A DNA stretch of 64,000 bases, from NCBI RefSeq assembly GCF_009914755.1, contig NC_060945.1; one strand, given 5' to 3'. Below the pieces are notes generated by a model. The model worked only from the letters and a program-made list of their open reading frames with translations. It did not search any database and was not told the DNA's origin. The position numbers were made by a program, and so were the translations under genes. This document shows, one piece after another, positions 43,936 through 58,500 of this stretch. The stretch's first letter is position 1; the number at the start of each line of letters is the position of its first letter. The stretch is from the human T2T-CHM13v2.0 reference genome, Homo sapiens.

Positions 43936-45226
43936 GGAATATTAATAAAGTCAAGGAAAGAAATTGACTTTTGTTTGTTTTTAATGTAATAAAGCACAAA
44001 GTTGTTCCAAAAGGCTTTTCATCTTGATTTTGCAAAACTTTATTTCCTAGCTGTTGTATAGAAGACTGACCAAGAAGGGCTATTTTCCTTCACCCGTTAC
44101 TCCCATGGGCAGTGCCTGAAAAGTAATAATCTGCATGAGAACCAGTGAAAAAGGAGTACTTTCTGAAGATAAGGCAGTGGAGATTTAAAGTAAGGAATTA
44201 ATGACAGTGAAAAAGAGAGAGAAAATGTTATTATTTTGTTTTTCTAAGGAGAAAATTATATAAACTGAACAGATAAAATTGGATACAGAAATGGAGAAAT
44301 GTCAGTATCTCTCTTGCACCATCTGCTGTGAGGCACATGTGCTCTATTAAAAAGTTCTAAGATTTCTTAGTAATAAAGTATATCTTCTCACCCTTTCATA
44401 TGCGAAGGTCTTATATAGTAAAAATGTGACACATAGGTATCTGGACATAAAATTTCATTTTCAATTTATTTGAACTCTAGTATTGGTAAGTATAAAGGAC
44501 ATTAAAATGGAGGGTATCACATTACAAACATGGTTTGAGTGCTTGCCTGCTAAATGCAGTGGGCATGCTGGCTCAGTTGTTAAGTATTTAAATATATCTA
44601 AAATACACCATCTATTTAAAGTCTGGTGTTCACTTTTCAACCTCGGCAAATATTTGCTCTATTGAATTGTAATACTTTTATGTTTCCCTACTTCTTTAAT
44701 TCAGTTATCTAGGGAGGTCATAAGCTGTTTATAAATATGAAGTCTTTTGTGAATATCCAGAATCACCAAAGCATGAGCAAAATCAAAAATGAAAACACAA
44801 TTTAATTTGTCAAGCATGCTTTTCTAACAATCCATGAATATTGCAGGAAAAATTTAATCTTACTCTTAAAGTAAATGAATAGCTACAATTAATTTTCCAG
44901 TTGTTTAAGTAGTCTTAGGCAGTTAGATATTTTCTGTGAAATTACATTTCAAATTTAACTTTGAAAAAGTATTTTCAAATATAACTCATGTATTATAATA
45001 AATTGAGAACTCATGCCATTTTGGAAAACTGTGGATAAATGATACCAATTTTAATTTATTCTTCTTATAGAAAGACCTAGCTCATATTACATTTTGTGTT
45101 TTTTGTTATACTTTGAAGTTTAATTTATTCCTTATATTTTAGATAAAAAGCTTTTGGTTGTAGATAAAATAGATTCTTAAGAAATAGATTCTGTCTGATT
45201 CCAAAAGCTTTTATTTATGGTAAATC

Positions 45227-45800
45227 TTTTTTTTTATTATTATTATACTTTAAGTTCTGGGGTACCTATGCACAAGGTACAGGTTTGTTACATAGGTACA
45301 CATGTGCCATGTTGGTTTGCTGCACCCATCAGCTCATCATTTACATTAGGTATTTCTCCTAATGCTATCCCTTCCCCAGACCCCCACCCCCCAACAGGCC
45401 CCAGTGTGTGATGTTCTCCTCCCTGCGTCCATGTGTTCTGGTTATTCAACTCCTACCTATGAGTGAGAACATGAGGTGTGTTTGGTTTTCTATCCTTGTG
45501 ATAATTTTCTTAGAATGATGGTTTCCAAGCTTCATCCATGTCCCTGGTCATCAGAGAGATGTAAATCAAAACCACAATGAGATACCATCTCATACCAGTT
45601 AGAATGGCGATCATTAAAAAGTCAGGAAACAATAGATGCTGGAGAGGATGTGGAGAAATAGGAACGCTTTTACACTGTTGGTGGGAGTGTGAATTAATTC
45701 TACCATTGTGGAAGATAGTGTGGTGATTCCTCAAGGATCTAGAACTAGAAATACCATTTGACCCAGCGATCCCATTACTGGGTATAAACCCAAAGGATTA
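45227..45800 (-). mobile_element. L1PA(5-7)-like insertion with 5' inversion
   Basis: Antisense 3'UTR 45227-45546 joined to a plus-strand ORF2 piece 45544-45800; TSD ttatttatggtaa(a/t)tctt at 45211-45228 and 45798-45815. Confidence 0.93.
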
Positions 45801-47139
45801 TTTATGGTAATTCTTAATTTGTTATTTTATTATTAAGAAGTGGCTGCTTTAATACAAAAACACATGTCATTTTTAGTGTGCTAAGAAATATACCACAATG
45901 TCTTAAGTATTGAATTATAATAAATATGATTTTAATTTTAAAATGTCATGTTTGAAGCTTACTGTGTGTAATTTAAACGTATGTATTTATTATATATATT
46001 AACTTATCTTTTATCATATTTGAGGGTTTTTTAAATTGGAAGTTTATTTTTATGAAGACTGTCAATATTTGTTTTTATATTGTAGACACTGAAATACATA
46101 CAAATAGACACCATTCACCACTAAAGTTTTAAAAATATACTTCTTTGGGTCATAAACATCTCAACCTGATGGCCATTACATTTGATACCTGTAATATATT
46201 TCTAGAATTGCTGGAAGCCACTTCTCATTTGAAGGATTCGCTTTCTTGGAGTTTTTTCTTTTCTGAGCCTGTCTACCATATAATTTCAACTTGAACTTTT
46301 ATTAATATACCTTACCTTGTTTCCTTAGATGGATAGCATAGGTTTGAACATTTCCTGTTGTTGGAATTTCTTGTTTGATTTGGTATGTGACTTTCTGTTT
46401 TTATTTCTAAAGCGCCCCTATGTTTAATTTTTAGAAACCTACTCTCGTCTCTTTTTTGAAAAGATGGATATTTGTTTCACTCTTCTCTCTCACATGCATC
46501 TGATAGGGATGGGCCACTTACAGGTATTCATGTATAAAAAGAAGATATTACTCATTTATGGCATACAAAAAATCCTCTTGCTGATTAGGATGTATAGTTC
46601 AATCAGGTTAGTCTTAGTTCACAAGCTAGAAATTACACTTGGAATACCTTGTTGAGTAAATATGTATCTTGTTGAGTAAATATGGCTATTAGGAATTAGA
46701 CCTGAGGTCTAGAAAACAAAATTATTTTACTCCTTATTTAATCTACTTTTCACTAGATTGTGCTGCTATTCCAAAGGCATTTTTTATTATTTTTAATAAA
46801 AGCCATGGTATTAACATGTTTGAAATACAAGATGAGAAATATTCAAAGTGTAATCAAGCAGTAAAAAATTTTACACTGCTTTCTCTGTGAAATAACCAGA
46901 GTTTGAGGTTTCTTTCTAAATCACTTTTTAATAAAAAAGCTGTGTTTTATAAAATTTATTTTTTCCTTCCATTCTCTAGTGTGACAATTTTGGTGTAACA
47001 TTTCCAAGTTTTGAAAACACGAGTCTTAAATGTGTTCTTTGTGAATTCATTTGACTGTGTGACCTAGAAATCCAGTTTTTCAATACGTCTTTAACAAAAT
47101 CAATAAATGTATAGCTACCTAGAGAATAATTTATCGAGG

Positions 47140-47140
<1 letters not shown>

Positions 47141-47193
<53 letters not shown>

Positions 47194-47469
47194 CAGTCTT
47201 GCTCTGTTGCCCAGGCTGGAGTGCAGTGGCGTGATCTCGGCTCACCGCAAGCTGCGCCTCCTGGGTTCAGGCCATTCTCCTGGCTCAGCCTTCAGAGTAG
47301 CTTGGACTACAGGTGCCCGCCACCATGCCTGGCTAATTTTTTTGTATTTTTAGTAGAGACGGGGTTTCACCGTGTTAGCCAGGATGGTCTCCATCTCCTG
47401 ACCTGGTGATCCGCCTGCCTTGGCCTCTCAAAGTACTGGGATTACTATCATGAGCCACCGCGCCGGGCC
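47141..47469 (-). mobile_element. AluY with an uninterrupted 50-nt A tail
   Basis: T50 at 47141-47190; gcaagct, gccattctcc, caccgtgttagccaggatggtc; short TSD aggct. Confidence 0.95.
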
Positions 47470-49929
47470 AAGGCTACTGTATTTTTAACTGTACATCAAA
47501 AATTTTATAGAAGTTGGATTCATTACATTATGATAGAATACTCCATAAATGCATGGTATATTAGATATTTCTGTTTTATTTTAGTTATGACATTAATGCT
47601 TGACCTTACTAATATAGGCAGTAAGAATATTTTTTAAGGTTTAGAATACTGCTTTTAAGATAATAAACTATATATTTTGTATTTTAATTTGTAAGTTATA
47701 TTTCTACTCCCAATAAATATAGTTTATATTTTCAAAAGATAATGAGATTTTAAATACATTAATACTAATTTTATCAGCTGAAATTTAACCCAGCTTAATG
47801 CTAAAATGTAAAACTGAATTGATTTTGGCAGATGGCAATGTTTGGTAGACTAAAAATTCTCAAGTATTCAATGATAAATAATTTCTCCTTCCAAGTAAAA
47901 CTGAAAGATTATATAGTTGTATTTTTATGCAAAACTAGTTTGGCAATGAGAAATTAATTTTTCACAAAATCAGGTATTATAATAATATTTTAAGTATATG
48001 TAGATAAATACATATATTTGAAGTTTCTGTTATTAATCTAAATAATTTTATTCTTATAATGATTTCATATGTTAAATAAACTTTGCCATTTTTCTTTTGT
48101 TTTAAGAATTTCTTCTTGGAACCACCAGTTGAATATAAGAAGTTCAATAAAAAGCAGATTAAAATCCCTCTCACAAAGACATCTATTCTTAAACCAAACT
48201 CAAGATCCCCAAAACAACCTTCTACTAGGTGACATACAGGTGGTGAATGAAGATGACTACTTATTTCTAAAACAGCAGACCAACATTAAGTTGTCTAGGG
48301 CCTTTGATACCCAAATTTTCTCCCATCCCACGTATAAGATGACTGCCCAACTATCAGCCAACTGGCAATGAAACCTCAGCAAAACCATAAGTCTCTTCAG
48401 ATTTTCCTCCGATCATTGCTATTGTCAAAGACACAGCCACATAACTTCTGCCTGAAAAGTACAATCTTTTAGCACTCCTCAGCATTTGAAGGCAAAGCAA
48501 ATAAACCCTCAGAGGCTTTCTAATTTTAGCAACTCTTGTGTACTCTACTCCAGTATTATCGTATTGGGGAAGTAGACGGACTAAGGTTCTATCAAACCTC
48601 AAAACTCTACATTTGGATATTTTTGTAAACATATTTCTTGAGACTATGGAACTTAGTTTCTTATCAATCTGGACAGTTATTCTTGAATTTGGTCCAACAA
48701 CCAAATAAATGAATCCTTATTTTATTGCCTTTCTAATTATCAAAGCAAATTTTAAATAGTTATCATAAAATGCTATATCCCTTTCCTAAAACGTATCAGT
48801 AAAAATATATTGGAAAGAGTTTGGGATGAGATACAAATCAGCTTTTAGTATAGCTGCAAGATGATGGTCCCGGGTGAAAACTCACTGACCCAGCATAGTG
48901 ACCACATCAACTCAGGCTAATATTAGACTTCAAACTCAGATGAGTCTGGCTGAACTAGTTTACTGCATATTTTAACCTTTTCTTTGTATATGAATTAGAA
49001 TATTTGAAAAGGCTTTAATGTTAAAAGCAAAGAGCTCTATGTTTTAAGGAAAAAGTGATTTGGCAAATAGTTTAAATAAAAGATAAAGTTAATATTTTGG
49101 TTGATGCCAATATATGCTCATATAACCATGACCAATGTTGCATCATAGAAATGAAGATTTTTTTATCATGTAAGAAAAAAAGTGTGCAGGGAATGTGTCA
49201 CAGACAAACTTAAAAAGCATTTTGTTTATTTATATAACTGTATATTAAAAGCTTAAGCTCTAACTCACGTGTTTTCAATGTGAGCTGATTTCCATGTTAT
49301 GTTAATAGGTCCTAATATTTTATTTGCAGCTTATTATAAAAGTTGTGTGTTCAGTTAAAAGAAAAGTGCTATTTTTAGATCAGAGAGAGACACATGTTAT
49401 ATGCACCTGAGTATCCACTTGTCCTCTCAAAGAATCCATAATAGCCTACTAAGATGATATTCTTATGTCATATTTTAACTTCAAGAATATGATTTCATCA
49501 AATCATTTTAAGTAGTTTCAAACTCAAATACAGTATGACATGTTTTCAGTTGAGGTATTATGAAAATAAATATATCGAATTTTAACACTACATATTTTGT
49601 TTTAAGAGCCTGTACCATTGTTTCAAAACTAACTTATTTATATTAGTATTCCAAAGACTGAATAAGCTAAGAATGGATTACTGCTGCTGAAGTTTTAGGA
49701 TTTGTTTACTAGTGACATTCTTACCTCTTTAACTTTAATTCCAATATATTTATCATTATTTTGGTGGTGAGAAGCAACAACTATTTCTTACTTTACCATG
49801 TGTTTATTGTCGATTCCTTTTACTATTTTGTTTGAATTTGTCATAAAGCTATTAAAGATGGAATTTTAAATAATTTTTATCCTCAATAACAAAATAAACA
49901 GCATCGTATATTGTGCTATGGTGAGTTAC

Positions 49930-50110
49930 AAGCGTTAAAGTATTCATTATTCAGAAAGACTCTGTACACCACATACAGTTTGATGTAATCTGCAGTTATG
50001 TAAGAGTTGACATGGCAAGAATGTAGCTCAGAGAGCTGACTTACTTGTCTGATCAAGCTCCTAGTAAGTAACGAAGTAGTTATCCATACTCATAACCATT
50101 TTACTTCTGG
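49930..50110 (-). mobile_element. MIR fragment
   Basis: gctcagagagctgacttacttgtc...ctagtaagt resembles the antisense MIR core. Confidence 0.45.
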
Positions 50111-50526
50111 GTTTTCCTAAACAAATGGTACTGTGTCCTTTAATTATTTCCTGGAATTATACAGTTTGATTCAGACCTTGGATAAATCTGAGCTACCAAT
50201 ATTGCTTTTGTTATATAACTGTCTGTATTATAAAGGTTTATATCCACCTCTGTTCCAACACTTTAGCTTGTACAAATGAGAGCATTTCATTGAAACTACT
50301 GGTGGGAACTAAATGAAAATCTTAAAAGCTATGTTACCAACACCTTTCTCTCTCTTAATTTTAAATCTGAAATTCCCAATTACTTTATAATTCTAAAATA
50401 TTTGCTTTTATAATTCTATAATATCTCTTATTTAATGAATGACATTATAAAATTTAATTTAATATAAACAAGTGAATGATTTAGTTTCTTAGAATTAGAA
50501 AAAAATTTGGAGTAATACGAACAAGT

Positions 50527-50850
50527 GTGTGACAGAAATTTTACTTCTGTGATATTTCCTTATGCTCTCTTCCCTCCCTCCATTTTCCATGCCCCTTAGA
50601 TTTAGAGACATGAAATCAGTTCTGGCCAGTGGACACTAAGAATAAATGTGTCACTTCCAGACAACGGCATTTAATACCTAGTATGTGATCTTTCTTTTCC
50701 CCAGCTTTGAAGAATCCTGTGACTATATATTAAGAAAATAGAGACTCATGGATATACCCTGATGATTAGCAAGAAATAGAACTTAATAGGGTTAAGCCAC
50801 GGAGATTCCAAGGTTTATATTTTACTGCTGTATAACCTAGTCACTAATAT
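50527..50850 (+). mobile_element. Old MLT1 (I/J-like) LTR
   Basis: agttctggccagtgga...tgtgtcacttcc...gttaagccacggagatt...gtataacctag. Confidence 0.6.
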
Positions 50851-51335
50851 AGAAACAGTTATTTTTGTTTAGGTTTTGTTTTTATAGACTATATTATTGC
50901 ATTTCTTTTAATTATATCTTATTTTAAATTAGAAATAACTTGATATTATATTGCTTTCAATTTTCACATCCTATACCGTAATTTTGTTTTTCTTTGCTTG
51001 AATCACATAGAAATATTTTTGAGCAACTACAGTAAGACACTCTATAAGTTTTGAAGCATTATGATAAGGCATTTAGGGAAAACAGAGAGTGAGCTACTTA
51101 ACTTTTTTTTAGTAAGGTCAGGAATTGCTCCCTAGAGTAGATGACACTGAGGCCTGGGCTTAGAGATGGATGGACGTTTTCCAGTGATACAACATGGCTT
51201 AGTTCATGTCATGCAAGAAACGAGAAATAAGAGAAGTTGTAAGTATAAAGAACTAAGAAAATATAAAGGGGCTCTAAACATGTTTTATTATTGAAACGAA
51301 GGGAACAAAACAGATAATTCGGTTGCTGATGGGGA

Positions 51336-52424
<1,089 letters not shown>

Positions 52425-55400
52425 GACATCTTTTATGCTACAGATTAAATTATAAACCCAGGTAGTGGACGACATAGTAGGTGTGGTGTAGTTTGCATTC
52501 AAAAACCTACAGTTACTATCAGTGTTGAACCTATTTTTTAAAAGCAGCTTGCTTTTCAATTTGGAAGGTGTCTCTTGACAGTCTGCAAATAGTGCAGCCT
52601 AAGGAACATCATTATGTAGTAGCATGAGGACAGTTTTACAAATTTATCTTTGATTTTCTTGTAAGCATATGTCTTTCCTGGAAATCTAGGGTGTATCTAC
52701 TTTTTGCCAACCCTTTGTTATTAGAATTGCATCATCAATATAGTGGACAAAGGTGTTGTCCTTTGGGACATTGAGATTATCTTGTTATTTGATAGTAAAA
52801 TTATAACATAGAGTAGAGAGGTTATATAACAATGAAGTAAAACATAGAAGGATATTGTTATATTTGCCAGCTGAAAACATGTTGCTTTCTGTGTTCACAA
52901 CCCGTTGGTACAGACCAAAGAAAAGTTTCCAAACTGTCAGTTTCATGTCTATTGACAAATCTATGTTGATTTTCTTCAGTAAGTAAACTACACTGTAGGA
53001 ACAACTATAATTGAGTTCATCATGTGGTTAAGTTTATGACGATCCACTGGTGTTCTCCAGGATCCCTACCTATTCTGCACAGGCTAAACAGGCAAAATGA
53101 AAGAGGTTAAGTTAGCTATCCCAAATCTTGCTTATCCCAGGAATTGTTATTGTCATGGATTTATTTCTTGTTTAAGGAAATACACTTCCAGGAGTTTCTT
53201 CAGTGCCATTTAAGTCGCTACAGTTCTCATTATAGGGAGCAATGTAGGAATTGAAAGCACACGCCAACTGGTAAATAACCACAGGATGTATTAACACAGG
53301 ATGGGTTCAAGTATCCACCAGGAACCCTCTAAGATGGTCTTCTGTCAATACTCTTTTTTCCACCAACTTTAAAGTTTCACTATAGTGGATTAGACTTTCA
53401 TTTTCTGACCAAGGTATGTCACTAGCTAATAACAATATCATAAATCCTTTAATCTGTTAGAGACCTAAGCAGTGCTGGTCAGTTTCAAAATCTCTTTACT
53501 CACTTTAAACTTTCAGGTTGAAAGACCTCATTTTCAAACAGAGAGAAAATACATTGCCACAAAGAGAAAGAATAAATCCCCCCAGCTCCCCTTAAGCAAT
53601 AATATTTTTTAAAAAAACTCTAATAACTGCATTCAGTTAAATTGGTCAGAAGGTTTCAAGGCAAGAGAGAACTGGGATAAGCATCCTAAGAGTAAAGGAT
53701 TTTTTAAGTTGCCTATTTTTAGTCCAACTGATTGCTTCATCCAGGTGATAGATTTTCTTTTTACTATTGATTTTAGGCATATTTAACTGCATTATATATA
53801 ATATATTCAGGTAAAATTTAACTTAGCTCTTTGGATATGAATAGAAAGCCTTGTTTATTTGAGAATCTTGGGGAAGTTTACAAACTACTCAGTTACTTGT
53901 AAGCCATAAAGATTTCTTATGAAGATAAATGAAAACATTACATATCAATTAACAAATTCCTTTGTAAAGCCCATGTCCTGGTCTGGCACAAAAACTACTG
54001 GAAGAAAAAGGATATGCCTGTGTGAAGAAATATCACGATACCAAAGTCCAGATAAGACCAATTTACCTGTGCTTATATAGCTTTGTAAAGTCTAAAATCC
54101 AGGCTGAAACTCTCACACAGCTCCACCTAGAAAAAAATTAAGGGATTCATTTGTACAATGATCTTATCCAAGATTGGTTTCTAATTTTTACGGCATCAAA
54201 TACTCCCTTTTCCTGAGAATGAGATAGCAGAGATGTCACATTCTTTCACAGAAAAGCAGTCACAGCCCCAGGAAAATTGAAAGTGTACTACTCAGGAAAA
54301 GATGTGAATCTATTTTTAGCTTACTCTATTTTGTTATATTTTACTGTATCAAAGTAAATTACTAGTGATGCTCATATTCTAGCTTATATTAAACTTAACT
54401 GTTATTCCTAAATTGCTTGCTATATTTTATAAGATATTAATAAACATATACATCTTAAATATTATGCTATTATTTTATGCTATGTAATTTTGTAAGATTT
54501 GTATAGTCACCCTTTGAACACAAGAAAAAAGTACTTCCTTTTAATGCACTTTACCATTGTTTTACTATTTTATTATTTGAGCTTCCCATCAACTGATTCT
54601 CTGCATATTACTGCAATCTTTCTTTGGATAATAGTTTTATCCAGTATATATTGGTATTAAGATGAGCCCTTCACTCTCATCTTAAATAGTATTACTGGTT
54701 TTTTTAAATGATCAATTTTAGACTAGGCTGCTCTCCAAAACCATCATGACTTGGCCCCATAATTCTTTTGAGTAATCAGAATCTTCCAGGAATGAACTCC
54801 CTGAGTAAAAGTTCAGTGCACCTTTGATGACATGCACTTATTCTTTTGGAAAAGGTATTAATACTTTCAAGTCACTTCAGCACCATTTGCTCTATATAGC
54901 CACATGGTGGTTTCAAATCTTAATGCTGAAATTGTCATGTAATATTTGGGTGGAATAGGATCATAAATAAGTAAAGGGTGAGTCTTTTATAAGCTTATGA
55001 GTCTCTTACATAAGCATCTTCCCCTGTTTCTGCCCTCTCAGGTCTCAGATTATTATTTGTGATTAAATATCACCTCTTTACTGGCCTTATTCCTTGAAAT
55101 TTAGACCTTCTTAATTTCTCTAGACCAACAGCAAATGCTGCATACTTGAATCCTCAATTAATTTGTCTGAGAGTAACTTCTACACTTTCGACAGCATTCT
55201 ATTGCTTAGTATGCTTTTAGGGTAGATTTCTGCTCTTATTTTGAATATTACAAGAATCGGTGAAATCTCAAACAGAAATGGAATTAGCTGAAGCTGTGAG
55301 AAGTTTCAGAAGACTTTGTACTCAAATGTAATTTTGAAACATTGAGAAGCACTTGCAAATTTTGTTCATTGACTTGTTTACATGGAGAGATGAATTCTCC

Positions 55401-55495
55401 AAACTGAGCAAAATATGGAATGGGTTAATAAAAATAAAAACTAGAACACAAAATCTTTGAAATGCAAATAAAATGTGGTCTATTTTAGGCCTTTC

Positions 55496-55592
55496 TAACC
55501 TATCTAGCCTATGTTGAAGCAAATTCCTAATAAGAAAAATCAAGAATTATTTAACCATTCTAGCCTATGTAGAAGCAAATTTCTAATGATAA
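55496..55592. repeat. Diverged two-copy tandem repeat, 56-bp period
   Basis: taacctatctagcctatgttgaagcaaattcctaat vs taaccattctagcctatgtagaagcaaatttctaat. Confidence 0.85.
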
Positions 55593-55634
55593 TAAATTGG
55601 GTTTAGAATTGAAGCAGTATTTAACAATCACAAC

Positions 55635-55958
55635 ATTTTATTTATTTGTTTACTATTTTTTATTTTTTAATTGAAACAGAGTCTTGCTCTGTCACCTAGG
55701 CTGGAGTGCAGTGGCGCAATCTCGGCTCACTGCCAACCTTCACCCCCCAGGTTCAAGCAATTCTCCTGTCTCAGCCTCCAGAGTAGCTGGGACTGCAGGT
55801 GCCCACCACCATGCCCGGCTATCTTTTTTGTATTTTTCATAGAGATGGGGTTTCACCATGTCGACCAGGCTGTTCTCAAACTGCCGACTTTAGGTGATCC
55901 ACCTGCCTCCGCCTCCCAAAGTGCTGGGATTACCAGCATGAGCCACTGATTCTACCTG
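55635..55958 (-). mobile_element. AluSx-like
   Basis: Full antisense dimer with a decayed T-tail. Confidence 0.92.
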
Positions 55959-56146
55959 ATAAGATTTTTATGGATATCTAACTTTCATAACAGTTTGAAA
56001 ACAAATCATCATGTGTCTTGCAATAGAAGTGTAGAGTGAAGATTTCCTTTTGTGTCATTTGTTTGTTTTGCTCCATATGACTATTATGGAATACACTCAG
56101 AAAATAAATATATATCTATATTTTCTAAATCATCAAATGTTGCATT

Positions 56147-56355
56147 CAGTAATATGCTGGTAAATGCTTTATCATTTGCATTATAATGTAGAATTTCTTG
56201 AATTTTGCCACGTTCCATTTTATATGATGTAAATACTTCTCCAAGACCAAATTTATGCTACCCAACTGAAGTCTCTGGAGTCATTCCAAAATGTGAAGAA
56301 ATACCCTAAATTGGCTCTCATAAGATGAGAAAAGTCAGTTTCTACCCAACAATTG
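56147..56355 (+). mobile_element. MER63A-like hAT non-autonomous DNA transposon
   Basis: cagtaatatgctggtaaatg start, gtaaatact...aattt..gctacc middle, aattggctctc near the end; ~210 bp. Confidence 0.55.
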
Positions 56356-56776
56356 TGTCACTCATGGTGCATGGTGCAGATACATTAGAATGCTATTATT
56401 ATGCGGCTAACATGATAGCACAAGGATTTGCCTTTCTTTTTTTCCCCCCAGTTGTTTACATTTTTAATCTCTCCATGTGAACTTTTAGAATCATCTCTGT
56501 ACATATGTTCATTTCCTCTAACATATCTTTATTGTATTTATACATCACAATCTGTCTTATTGGGAAATGATGCTATCGTGCAACTGGCAAAAGTGCATGT
56601 AATAAGAAGTGGCTTCCCAGTAACATGAACAAACTTAAATCTATCGGTCCACAATACTGAACCTATTCACTCTTCTTACTAGTGCATTTATCTTTCCAAA
56701 CAATAACAGACTCTTCTTTTATGATCATTCAGAGGCACATTAACTAGGAAAGAAAAGACTAATTCCATTACATTCA

Positions 56777-57019
56777 TTTTTAAAATTTTATTTTACTATA
56801 AGCTCTGGGATACTTGTGCAGAACATGTAGATTTGTTACATAGGCATACATGTGCCATGGTGGTTTGCTGCACCCATCAACCCGTCGTTTAGGTTTTAAG
56901 CCCCGGCTACATTAGGTATTTGTCCTAATGCTCTCCCTCTCCTTGCTCCCCATCCCCCGACAGGCCCTGGTATATGTTCCCCTCCCTGTGTCCATGTGTT
57001 CTCACTGTTCAACTCCCAC
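56777..57019 (-). mobile_element. L1PA8-like 3' end
   Basis: catgtgccatggtggtttgctgcacccatcaacc...taggttttaagcccc...gttcaactcccac. Confidence 0.88.
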
Positions 57020-57099
57020 ATAAACACAATGAGCACTATTTCTGACCATTCTCTATTCTTATGTTTTCCATTATTTTCATTGCCATGGGCTATGGAAAG

Positions 57100-57535
57100 G
57101 AACACTTGTGTTATTCACTTTGCAGAGTGGTTGTGAGACAGAAATGTGTTAATATAGCAAAGAGTTAGAAAAATGCCTCAATGTAATAAGTGCTGTATAT
57201 GTCTTTACATTACTAAAATATTTAGATTCCGCATATTGTGCTTAGGAATGTAGATTAAGAGATAATAAAAGTAACACGGAAGTATGCAGAACTTCGAATG
57301 TGTGAGTAATTTTTCTTATCACTCTGCAGGTATTAACTTATTTTGCCCTTCCCAAACTGCTATCATGTGGGTTATATTATTTTATCTTTTATACAGGTGA
57401 GAAAACTGCATTTCACTGAGGTTATTAAATAAGTTTCCTGAGTTTAGGAAAGTGGTAAGTGTCCCATAAGAATTTGAAAACAGTAAGTCTGGCTGGTAAA
57501 ATCTTTCCATACAATTTATCTAACCATTCTACTGC
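57100..57535. mobile_element. Two MIR fragments (+ ~57100-57215; - ~57355-57535)
   Basis: ggttgtgaga...taataagtgct; ttttatacaggtgagaaaactg...gaggtta...gaatttgaa...gtctggct. Confidence 0.6.
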
Positions 57536-57829
57536 GTGTCTTCACAGAATACTGAATGAGAAGTAAAAAGATTCAGAGAACTAGGGATGCTAGAACGGGG
57601 ATTCATCACATCAGCTCAATGGCTGACCGGGATCCATTAAGAGGGGCTAACACACATTTACTTCATGAAATAATTTTAAAATTCTTTGGAAGGATGGTCC
57701 AACATCACTGAGAGTCTTAACTGGAGTAGCTCCAAATAAAGTTTTATTTTACTGCGGGTTGCTGAGTAGCCCAGTGGAATCATGTTCTGTTTGCCAAGGC
57801 TGGTAACTTGATTTTATGCTTTTTTCCGT

Positions 57830-58500
<671 letters not shown>

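Noticed and set aside
46648-46684. 20-bp-period tandem duplication (similar small ones at ~28915 and ~63212)
   Set aside because: Ordinary slippage duplications; two copies only and no spacers, so not CRISPR-like.
48069-48704. Two 100-116 aa ORFs in apparently non-repeat DNA
   Set aside because: No recognisable domain or exon structure; the length is within chance expectation.
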